A DNA stretch of 58,703 nucleotides, filler included, from Streblomastix strix (lineage: Eukaryota): the NCBI GenBank assembly GCA_008636045.1. It is 2 parts of 2 records of this genome, joined end to end, with 100 filler letters (N's around TTAATTAATTAA, not from the genome) between each part and the next. Parts side by side here need not be neighbours in the genome. Positions count along the whole stretch, not along the records: positions 1 to 29,344 come from SNRW01000103.1; 1 more part is not named here. The stretch is one strand, 5' to 3'. The position numbers and the translations under genes are program-made. Below, in pieces: positions 13,401 through 24,845 of the stretch. Below the pieces are notes generated by a model, which saw only the letters and a program-made list of their open reading frames with translations, ran no database searches and was not told where the DNA came from. The stretch's first letter is position 1, and the number at the start of each line of letters is the position of its first letter.

Positions 13401-14970
13401 AGTATGCAATTAAGAACAACGTACCTATTACAGTTAGTGCTGAATGAATATATAAATTACTTCGAGTATGTATTTCAGGTGGTCTTGCAGCAGTATTTCA
13501 TAGAGAGAATATAGCTGTTAAACCTCATATAAATGAATTAACTTATGATGAATAATCAAATAATGTGAATTCATAAGATAATGAAAATGCTGCCACTCAT
13601 GTACTTGCTCTTGATGATAACAGTCTTTATACAATTTCATTTTCTTCAGCTAAAAATGAAAATATTCTTTACACTGATCATAGAATATATATAGCTGGAA
13701 GATCAAGATTTTATTCAGAAAAACCATATGTAATTAAAAATTGTATAGAACAAGGAAAGGATATATTTGATGCAAAAGTCAAAGGTTATTTTCCTAAATC
13801 GGAAAACAATAATTTACTTGCATTACCACCAATCTTTAGAAATATTGAGATAGAAAACAAGGAGGTAGTGATAAGCGAATATATGTATTCACAAGCACAA
13901 AATCATTCACAACCAATGACTAGCAAAGATAGAAAACTTCCAACATTATTTGATACTAATGATTAATACATGGTATTTAATAACTATTTTCTTTGGCTTC
14001 TTGTTGATTTTGGTTTCATCATTACTGATTACAAAGCTATTGCAATCTTTGAGAAAAATATGGCATATGAGCTTTTTGTTAGAACAATGATGAATTTAAG
14101 AATATTAACTATATTTGCAGGATCATCTAAAGAAAAATTCTATAAATTAATAATTAACGCATCGTATGGATACAATACATTAAATACAGAGAAGTTTGGA
14201 AAGATAAAATTATTAGATAAAGCTGATATATTTATTGCATAACATCACCCTAATCACATTGGTACCAGACATATTAGTGCTAATACATTTGCAGTATAAA
14301 TTAAACCTAAAACAGCTACTTGTTTTACATCACTTTAATCAGTAGTATTTACATTAAATAATGCAAAATATTGATATGTCAATTAAATATATAACTTCAT
14401 ATATATATGTCTAGACTGCAAAGGATTTCATTTTGTTCTTGCAGATACTGATTCAATTAATATTGCTATAGCAGGAGATCCAAATAAAGACTGTCAGTAA
14501 TAATTTGAAGCTATAAAATCAGATAAATAGTTATATGACTAACATATATATTAGTATTAGCCTGAACCTAATAAAGACATCTATAACTATAAAAAGATAT
14601 TTGGATTTGGAATTGAAAATGAAGGGTATGAACTTACATCATTAGGACCTAAGTGCTATTCAATGATTGTGCACAAATGGAACAAAGAAAAATAATAATA
14701 TGAATTTAAACCAAAAATTATATCTAAATGAATTAGCAAAACAAAACAAATTTCTTATAATGATTATGTCAATGTAATTATTAAAGATATAGTGAAAAAA
14801 GGCATTATTAGAATATTAAAAATATACGATAAAGTTATGAGTAACATTCAAGTTGAAAAGTATGCATTATTTTGACTCAATAATAAATCAATAGTACTTA
14901 GGAATTAATGTTGTTGCCCTTATATTAAAGGATTAACTGCTAAGGATTATCAAATCAAAGATTAACAATG
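10402..14970 (+). pseudogene. Protein-primed family B DNA polymerase (pPolB), frameshifted
   Basis: ExoI TYDFET (~12120), ExoII GWNSSRFD (~12450), motif A ALDDNSLY (~13610), motif B KLIINASYG (~14145), motif C ADTDS (~14441), LGPKCY. CPHC..HVKKC Zn finger upstream. Frameshifts and TGAs present. Confidence 0.9.
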
Positions 14971-15000
14971 AAATATTATTATTTTTTTATTTAATATAAC

Positions 15001-15597
15001 ATGGATCATCAATTAAATCAGTTAAACGAAATTGCTTCTAATGCTAAAGATATCAAGTAGCTAATGGAAATATAATCGTAACTATAATAATAATATGATA
15101 ATTAATTGAATTAATGTAAATGGAAAATAAATTATAAAACTAATTTTCAAAATTATTAAAATAAACCTATTCTAATCAAATATAACAAAATGAATGATGA
15201 ATCAATTTAATTGATGAAGACTCCGTCTGATCTGACTTTTAATGAAGCAGAAGATTGTACAGTTAATATGCGAAAGATAATGAGAAAAAGGTTATTGAAG
15301 CAAATACATTGGATAAATGTTGAAAATACTATAGAAAACTGTTTGTATAATACAATAGATGGATATAGATGTGCAAGAGATAATTACATAGAAAAACTAT
15401 AAGATATAGATGAAAAGAATAAAAAATGATTCGATTTATTTTTTCTAAATCAAATGACTATCTTTGAACCTATTACTGCAAATATAACCATAGCAATTGA
15501 AGCACTTGAATCGCTAAACATTGATTGGCATGCTATTTGGAAAGCTATTTATGAGGTGGGAATCAAGTAAACATGCGAATCAAAATTATGTGTATGA
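15001..15597 (+). pseudogene. Hypothetical element protein (one internal TGA)
   Basis: ATG 30 nt after the pPolB stop; MDHQLNQLNEIASNAKDIKQ...; frame open with TAR=Gln except a TGA near 15427. Confidence 0.5.
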
Positions 15598-15645
15598 ATA
15601 ATGCAGTAAAGTAGACCTTATTTGTATTTTTTATCTTATTTGAAA

Positions 15646-16239
15646 ATGTCTGAAACATAATCAGAAATAGAATTGGTCAGTCTTAAAGATAATAGTGAAT
15701 TTGAGAAATCAACTTAAGAACAATGGATAATCAAAAGAAGAGAATATGGGTTTATTCCTAACTTCAGAAAGAGTAAGTGTGGGTATTTGCGTGAAAATGT
15801 TGGTGGATAAATGTATGCTCTTTATAAAATTATTGACGAACAAATTGTTGAAAATAATGAACCGATTAATAAGACATGAGTTGATAATAAAGACTAAAAT
15901 AAGTTAAATAATAGTTTAAGTAATTTAAGATATGATTCTGCAAGTGATAATTATAAAAATAAAATGAAACATAATAAAGATATAATTTTTGAATATGTTG
16001 ATGAAATTCCAGATGATACTTTCACTATTAATGATTATGAAGTTTATTTGTTTGAATTTTATTACTTTATTGAAGAAACAGATTAGTTTTATGATTATTA
16101 TGGACTAAAATATAGGGTATTGCTCATTAATGAAAAAAAGCGTAATAGATCATTATATGTATGTGCTTATAATTCAAATAATGATAAAATAAATATTTTC
16201 GTTAATAAATTTAAAAGGCTATATAACTTAATAAATTGA
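15646..16239 (+). pseudogene. HNH endonuclease (NUMOD4/HNH_3-like), degenerate copy
   Basis: GYLR..VGG...YKII.EQ...VDNKDQNKLNNSLSNLRY; alignable with the adjacent copy; catalytic His lost and internal TGA. Confidence 0.65.
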
Positions 16240-16329
16240 GTCTTTAACATGCAAATCAAATTTATGTAAAAGAATAATAGAGAAAACTAGATTTTAAAAT
16301 TTTTTTTATTTTATTTATTCTGATAGTAA

Positions 16330-16935
16330 ATGGCATAAAAAGATTTATAGACTTAATTCATTTCACTAAAATCACATATATATTTTGAGATTTTAGCTAA
16401 AGAACCATGAATTATCAGAAGAAAAGAAGATATATTTATTTTTAAATTTTGTAAAAACAATAAAGGATATATAGTAGTACGTTTAAATAATTAAACTCAT
16501 TTACTACATAGATTGGTTGCAGAATAGTTTGTTGCAAGTAATAATCCAACTAATAATAAATAAATAGATCACATAAATGGTTTTAAGACTGATAATAATA
16601 TATAAAATTTATGCTGGGTAGATAATAGTATTAATTGGTAAAATATACATTCACATAATAAAGAAATTATATATGACTTTGTAAATAGACTTCCACATGA
16701 TGCAATTACAATTGATTATTAAGGTAATCATCATAATTTTTATGAATTTAATTTTTATTATTAAAGTTTGGAAACAGATAAATTTTACTTCTTTAATGGT
16801 TTTAATTATAGGATATTACATATTAATACATAAAAGAAAAATGGAATATTATCTGATTATACTTATAATGGTAATAATCATAAAGTAACTATATTTATCA
16901 ATAAATTTAAACGATACTACAATTTGATAGATTGT
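16330..16935 (+). pseudogene. HNH endonuclease (NUMOD4/HNH_3-like)
   Basis: KGYIVVRLNNQTHLLHRLVAEQF...IDHINGFKTDNNIQNLCWVDNSIN; one TGA where the paralogue has Trp. Confidence 0.85.
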
Positions 16936-16968
16936 GTCTTTTATTTTTGCTTCCCTACTATAAATTAA

Positions 16969-17720
16969 ATGGCATTAAGAAAATAATGACAATTTGATCA
17001 ATAGAAAAATATTGATTCTTATGTATTAACATATGATTATTTATATGATTTTAGTAATACTGATACTATATTTTCAAAGGATGATATGAAGAAATTATTA
17101 GATAAGTATTCTGATAAAAGAGTTCTTGAAATTGCGTATTATATTACTTACTTAATAATTGATGATTATACTAAATTGTGGATTAAATTTAAGAGTTTGA
17201 TTGAGGATGAAAATCGAGATTTCAATAAATTTATCATTGCATAGGATTAAAATGATTAATAAATTGCATAAGCAAGATATGGAAGAATTAAAGAAAAACT
17301 ATAAATTTAAGCCCATTAACCTATTAAGATTGATGAACCAATTTTATTATAATAGAGATAAACTTAATCTTTGACAAATAAATAAAAAGCTAAAAATCAA
17401 ACCTAATCAATTACTTCTGTTAATGAGCTTAATAAATTAACGTAATAATTAATAAATATTATTAGTGAGTAAGAGTAATTCCATTTAGATAATTATATAG
17501 ATCCAAACAAAAAATTAATTAAAAAGCTTTAAGAAGAAAATATTAGTTCAAAACAAACATTTTTTATCAGAATTCTGAACCATAAGTTCAATAAAAATAG
17601 TTCAAAATATTGGATTAAATAGCATAAACTGTTAACTAAGTAGATTAATCTCTTAGCTAATGGTATAACTAATATATTTTTTAATTTACTGGGAGATATC
17701 CATAGAAAATGTACTCTTTG
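16969..17720 (+). pseudogene. Hypothetical Q-rich element protein upstream of the integrase
   Basis: Long frame open with TAR=Gln (one early TGA); no recognised motif. Confidence 0.4.
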
Positions 17721-18720
17721 AAACTTTAACCAAAGAAATTATATAAACAATCTAAGAAAGATAACTTATTCCAAGAATTTACATAAAATCAATTCCATTT
17801 CAAATCAAAGTACGATTTTATCCGTAAAGCTAATTACTATGATTTATTATCTCACAAAATTAGTAACTAATTTGATATTTATCCTTAAACTAATACTCTA
17901 GAACCTCATGACTATTAACTAAAGCCACTAGTGAAATTTGAAAGACCATACTTCTCACCTAACTACAATTCTTAGGAAATAGATTAAGTATTCATTATGA
18001 AAAAGAATGTTGAAATGAAACAGTATATATTCGCTATTAATGTAAACACTAAATATTTAATAGTAATACCAGTGAAATCTAAATCAAAAGTCCCAAAACT
18101 TGATGCTCTAAAATAGCATATATCATTTGTTTAGATTAATGATATCAGAAATGATGGTGAGAAATCTTAAGCTACAAAATTACTAAATGAATTCTATAAA
18201 CAAAATAGCATAAATACAATCTTCATAGGCAATAATTTTATTAATCATAATAGAGTAACTGATAGGGTTATTCGAACAATAAGAAACGCATTCGATAATA
18301 ACATTTATGAACTTGTTAATGAATAATTGATGAAATAAACTGTTGATATATATAGTAATACGCCACATATTGCTTATAAAAAAAAGTATAGTCTAATATT
18401 AGTTTAAAATGATAAGAGAATATAAGGATAATACATCTATCACTACAAACAATAATTAAATGATGCATTAAGATTTTAAAAAAATAGTTTAAAAAAGTAT
18501 AAAAATGGTAATATTTTACTGTAACACTTTAATGTCGCAAAAACAAAACACTAGTTTGATAAAATTGACATAATTTCAATAATATTGGTACATTTATGGA
18601 ATATGTTAATGGTAACATTAAAATTGAGTTATTGAATCCATATAGTGATTAATTGACAGTAATTTTATCAATATTCTTTACAAAATTAGTGGCAAAAAAT
18701 ATAAATAAATTAGATAATGA
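17720..18720 (+). pseudogene. Retroviral-type (rve) integrase, Polinton class
   Basis: FERPYFSP..NS.EID.VF; YIFAINVNTKYLIVIPVKSK; IRNDGE; HNRVTDRVIRTIRN; YSNTPH. Frameshifted at both ends. Confidence 0.8.
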
Positions 18721-18775
18721 ATATAAATATCTCTTTAATTAAAATTATGAATTTATTTTTATTATTATTATTGAA

Positions 18776-19093
18776 ATGGAAACAATAATCGATACTAAAA
18801 TCAATGAATCTGAAAGTGAATAAGTTGACAAATAAATTGAAAAGAGACCAGTTGGAAGACCAAAAAAATATTTCAACGATGCTGATAGAAATAATGCAAT
18901 ACGTAAACAACGGTTAGCAACAAAGAGATAACATGCATAAATGAAAGCCTAGATTTACAGTAGAAATAACACTGTTCAAAAATAGTCAATGAAATTACTA
19001 TCTGATCATAATTTTAAAGAAGATGATATGAGTTTTATGTTAGAATTGTTATAAATTGACTTAGACTAAAAGATCATGCAGAAGAATAATTGA
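18776..19093 (+). CDS. Small AT-hook-like DNA-binding protein (105 aa)
   Basis: Uninterrupted ATG-to-TGA frame containing KRPVGRPKKY followed by a basic helix. Confidence 0.65.
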
Positions 19094-19479
19094 CTTAAAT
19101 TTATTTTTTTATCAAACTGAATTTGATATTTGAAATAAAAGTCAGTACATCATTAATAATCATAACATTAGTTGAGATAACTAATCTGTTTTTGATAGCC
19201 TGTGCATTTCTTATAGTAACTGAGTAATAAAAACTTATTTAAGAGAAATATGCTAAGAAAGATCACTCTGAAGACTATTTATCTATGTTTAATTGAGAAT
19301 ATTTGTTATTTATTTTTGGTCTGACAAAATGACGTAAATTATATCTCCAACATCAACATCAAATGAGTAATTTGAAAATGTTTTCACTTACAGCTTGAAT
19401 ATCAGATCTTCTTTCTTATCAATAATACTAAAAATCATCCCATTCTGCACATAAAGATTACATAATATACATTATAATA

Positions 19480-22400
19480 ATGATAACGCTACATTTCATT
19501 GCGGATTATGTCGCCCACCTTACATAAGGCGATTTGACCTCTTTTATTGCACTTTGGCTCGCTCAATGGGGCCCAGATCGCTCAAATTTGAACGAGACCC
19601 AAGGTTCTGACACACAAACGAGTAAGTAGATTGATCAATTGGCGAAAAAAGTCATTGAATAAGCGAACAACATGATAGCGATGATGCGAGAGCGAGTGAA
19701 GCAGCTGTTCAACGCTGAAATACAAATTTTTCTTGCTGAAAGCCCATTTATCGCATTCACATTTTGTATACTTGATAAGGACTACGAGGCAAAGATGAAG
19801 TACTTAAGTGGATGGACTTTTGGCAATTATACGAAAGCGGTGAGTCGTGAGAACTCGAAGGACTTATTTATAAAAAAGGAGAAAAGGAGTCGCTATTCAT
19901 AGGATATAAAGCCGATACAATCATAAGTGAGAGCGCAAGATGAGAATTTGGAACATATATAGAAGACTGTGATTGATTTGGAACATGGAAACGGAGAAGA
20001 AGGCTGGGATGAGCGCTTCTAGAAATTTCCGGAAAGACTGAATGAGCTGAACAGGCAATAAGGTGCAAGGTCAATAAAGATGAATAATATCTAATAAGGG
20101 TAGAGGATGCATTACAGAACATGCTAGAGCCAGAGAGAGAAAATGGCTGAGATTTTGAGAAGGAAAATGGAGGAACAAGCATCAGCAATTAAGTCGCTGG
20201 CTATTTTGACAGATTATTCATATTTTGAAATTTGGGCAAATTTAGATATATGAGATCCGACAGGAAAATTGTGACGCCAAAGGGTAGGACAGGGCTGAAA
20301 CAGGGTGACTATTACGCAGATGTGATGACCTGGCTTATATATGCATAATAGGCTTTATTGGTAGCAATGGAGAATGGGTTAAGTAGTCATAATAATATTG
20401 AGCAGATTTCGGATTCTAACGCAAAGCATTGTGTAGGTGCAAACGCGGTGACGCAACGGAAAAAACTGGCAAATGCTCCAAAGGAGCTGAAAGGGGTAGT
20501 GCGAGTTAGTACTTTGCCTGAAAATATATTCTCTGATGACAATACTGAAAGTACTAAGAGTTATCTGGACCTTAATAAGGTCGATTAATTGTATTTTCCA
20601 TTTCATCAAGGCTTTACGCGCACCCGCAGTCTTAAACTTAGTAACCATAATAGCCCTCGCATTTATACAAACCGTACTAGCCATTCCAACCTTTCCAGCT
20701 ATTCAAAATATAGCAACCACCGTATGCTGCGAGCCAATTCAGTTATGGGGGAGGAGCAGAAGCAGGAAGGGGATTCCAATCAAGGGGACGCGGAGGAAGA
20801 GATAGGGGAGCTTTTAGCTCCAATTTTATACCATTAGGAAGGTAGTGAATGAGTGTAGAAAGGAGTGTTTAGAGTGGATGTTATGGGGGGAATGAATGAT
20901 ATTGGGGAATAGGAGTGTAAAAGAGTGAGAGAAAGAGTTTTGAGGATGAGAAGTCGTTGGGGTGAGGGTTTTAACAGTACTATAAACTTTACCCCAACGC
21001 AAATATTACTAGAGCCCGTTTATTACATTATACTAGAGCCCACGAAAAAATAAATATGGATAAAACAATTAAGATAAGAAGTTATTCAAAATTGAAAAAT
21101 TTGGAGATTAATGCAAAATTAACGTGGTAATGAAGAGTAATCTAATTCAATGGTAATTAGCAATATGCGGATTAACTAGATCAATTAATAAGGGAAGAAC
21201 AGAATTAAGGAATCATTAGAGTAATTAACTAATAGGAAGTCCTATTATCAAATAGATCATTTTCAATAAATAATCCGGGAGGAGGATTGATGAGAATAAT
21301 AGATTGCAGACCATTGAACACACATCTGAAATCGCTACATTTCACGAAGAACTACTTGATTAAAGTATTGGAAGTTTGGAATAAATACGACTGGGCATGC
21401 CTGATGGATATCAAATCGGCGTTTAATCAAGTGGCAATAACTGGGGAGTTGGATAAATACCTAGCTTTTACGCACAGGTGGTTTCATTATACGCAAGTGG
21501 GAATGCCATTAAAGATTTCAATTGCTACAAGAACCTTTACGAAAACAATTTAAGCAACAAAAAAAGAGTGAGAAATAAGAATCTTATATGAGTAATCAAT
21601 TATCCAGACGATATTCTGTTTCTGATGAAGGATTAAAAATGGTTAGAGAAGGAAACAGAGAAGATAATATAGGAGTTTAGGAAATATGGATGGGTGACTA
21701 ACGAAAGTGAGAGTATGTTCAAGCCAGAATAGCAATTTGTGTTCCTGAGATGGATGTTTAACTCAACAACAATGAAAATCAAATTGACTAATGAGAAAAG
21801 GAAGGAGTTGAAAACAGTAGTTTAAAGATAAATAAAGCAAATAATGGAATAAAGATTACAATGGATCAAAAGCGTGGCAAGTTTGGTTGGTAAGCTCAAA
21901 TTTTTCACTCCATAATTCAAACGAGGAGGACTGCACCTATAATATACAAATATATAAATATGCAAAGATGCGAGAGTAATAGGCTGGACAAGCGAAATGG
22001 TTGTAACAAAGAAGTGCTTAACAGAACTGTACTGTGGATGATTCAGCAGAAGAACAACAAACCAAGAATGATAGATTAATGATAAAAGCAGATAATAATA
22101 TAGATGGACGCGTCAATTTTGAGATAGAGAGTATGTGTGATTAAAGATAATTTTCGAATTAAAAGAATATATGGAGAATGGGAACCAGATATCGAGAATT
22201 CGGACTTGTAAGAGATACTGGCGATATATGGAGCAGTACAAGTGCTGAGAGAATATATTAATCAATAGGAATATAGTTGAATAATGATAGAAACAGATAA
22301 TACAACAGTGTGTTTCTCAATAGCAAAAGCAAAAGCAAAATATCATTTGAGGAATGCGATAGATTCGATTTTATAAACTGAAGTTGAAAATGCATGGATA

Positions 22401-23880
22401 TTAACTATAAGATATATCGCTGGGAAATTGAATAAAGAGGCGGATGCGTTATCAAGGTTGTCGATGGCAGAGGATTATTCAATAAGGAAAGAAATATTAG
22501 AGGAGGTATTGAAAGATTGGTAAGTAAAGATAACAGTAGATTTGTCCGCAGCAAGAAATAATGCTAAACATAAGAGATACTATATATTAAGGAAGGACAA
22601 AAAGGTGGATGGAGGAGATGCGATGAGAATTCCCTGTGAGCAAGAATTCGCACTAATACATCCACTGAAACCAATAATTAGTAGAATAGTAAGGAAAATA
22701 ATAGATGAAAGAGTTTAAGGTGTAATGATAGTACCTTCTTGGCTGTGGAAAGTTTGGTAAATATAGCTAAAGGAAATAACAGATAGAGAGAGGGAATTGG
22801 GAGAGAGCGTGAAGGTATTAGAGATGGGATCGAAGATGAAGAAGAAGAATCTGAAAGTTCATCCGGGGAGGATATTGGATTTAGAGGTAAACTGGGATAA
22901 GATGGAGGCAAGACTATTTGGAAATGCTTTAGGAACATCCAGATTATCAGGAAATGCAATTAGAACAATAATGGATAATTAGCATGGGAGTTGATGAAGT
23001 CATGCTTGCGCCCTATCAGCCATTTAGGAATATATGTGGAAGAGAGAAATAAGTATAGAGAGATTATCAAGGGTAGAGAAACCATATATTACTGTGGCAG
23101 AATATATAACAGACATAATAATAGATTTGTCGGACGCATTTGTAATACAAGCAAGGACTTCGGTATCAAAAATCTTTGAATTAATGGATAAAGAAGAAAA
23201 TGACATAAGAAATAAAGCAATAGAATAATTATTGTTAAACCAGTGGCAAATGTAAGGGAAGTTATCAGAGAAGTAATAATTTGGAAAATGGAACAGCTGC
23301 TCGACTATATAGTGAAACTTAGAATGTAATGAGACGAGGAAAAGTTAACAATTAAGGATTTAAGAACAATGGTTATAACTATATTTATGATGAATTCAAT
23401 TTTATGATTATTAGAAATTTTATAGGCAATGCAAAATATAATATAATTAGAATAAGGAATAATAATGATTACCAATTTGCTTAAAGAGAAAAGAAAGAAA
23501 ATGTAAATATCTCTAAAAATAGTAAGCATTAAAGCAATTTGTCCAATTGAATGGTTTGAAACATGGAATGGGAGGGAAAAGTCAAAACAACAGATAAGGA
23601 CCTACTTTGGAAAAACATTGAAAAAAAGGTCATTAACACGAGAGAAGTGTAGCAAAGAGGTACATGTAGTCATGAGTAGCGTTGGTATTGATGAGAAATA
23701 ATCAGTAACAATTGTAAGAAAGGTAGCCATTTTCGCAATGCAAAACAAGAATAAAACCAAGATAGAGATAGATAGATGGAGTAGATATAGTGAATCAGCG
23801 GATAAAGTAAGATATAATTACGATGTGAATAACAATGATAGCATAAGGAAAGAGCTATCCGAATGAGTCTCGACTAGGGA
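19480..23880 (+). mobile_element. Decayed DIRS-type (tyrosine recombinase) retrotransposon
   Basis: GC-richer gag-like region (19.5-20.85 kb); RT (IIDCRPLN, MDIKSAFNQV, GMPL, YPDDILF; 21.25-21.9 kb); RNase H (MDAS, ETDNTT, AGKLNKEADALSRL; 22.1-22.46 kb); methyltransferase-like domain (VDL.AARNNAK, LIHP, MIVP.W); then the recombinase. Confidence 0.9.
22902..23866 (+). pseudogene. Tyrosine recombinase of the DIRS element
   Basis: KAICPIEWF; S.TIVRKVAI; IDRWSRYS...VRYNYD; TGA at 23864-23866; frameshifted. Confidence 0.75.
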
Positions 23881-24845
23881 AGAGCGTAATGTGAGTGAGT
23901 TATTGGAGTGAAGTTTTATTTATTATATAATGTAATATTAAATATGTATTATGCAATAATAAATGATAAATGATGAAATGTTAGTATGTTGAATTATTTG
24001 ATAATAAATGTTTGAATGTTGAAATTGAATAATAAATAAATTAAAATATAATATAATATAAGATAATATAATAAAATCAAATAAACATAATAATATATTA
24101 AAATGTAAATATAAATATATACGAAATGAGAAAAAATTAATTAAATATAATTATTATTTGAATTGAATTATTATGAAATTAATAATTATATTACTCAATC
24201 ATAGACAATCTCAAATTAATTATATCTAATGATTAAATAAAAGAAATTGCTGAATATTTGTGAAATAAATCAAAAGAAAAAATCTGCTCATAAACTATTC
24301 ATTTAATAATTGCAATTATTTAGAAAGGTAAAAATGAAAATAAATCACCAATTCTAAAGGATGTTTCAATTGAATTGGTGAAATAATTAATATTCAATTA
24401 AAATAAGGAGATTACTTGAGTTGCAAAGGAATTATAAAAAAATTTATTAAGTATGAATTAGTTAAGTATTTAGAATAGATCATTTTAAAGATAATGATGT
24501 TATATTTCAATTAATTTCTTAAAGTTATCCAATTTCATTGTCAAATGAATAAATGTAAATAATTTCTATTACATATTTATTTTTTATTAAAATTGATAAT
24601 AAAATGAAAATAGATTTGATTCAAATTTCAAAATAAAGTTTAACGATTCATCTCACGTTTTGTCAATAAACAGTTTGAACAAGAATTAATCTAAATAATA
24701 ATTTAAATGTATGTTATTTATAATTTGTTATATGAAATTACGCGTAAATTGCACTTTAATTTCTTATTTTGCTATTAAATAAATAAAATACATTATAATA
24801 ATTTTATTTTATTTTATTTATCTTTATTTATTTTTTCTTATTCAG

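Larger units (their letters stand above)
10402..19093 (+). mobile_element. Decayed Polinton/Maverick-like (adintovirus-like) element 1
   Basis: Co-oriented intronless cluster of pPolB, an unknown ORF, two HNH genes, an rve integrase and an AT-hook ORF. Termini not identified. Confidence 0.8.

Noticed and set aside
10150..19450. Terminal inverted repeats or target-site duplications for element 1
   Set aside because: No convincing match found by eye.
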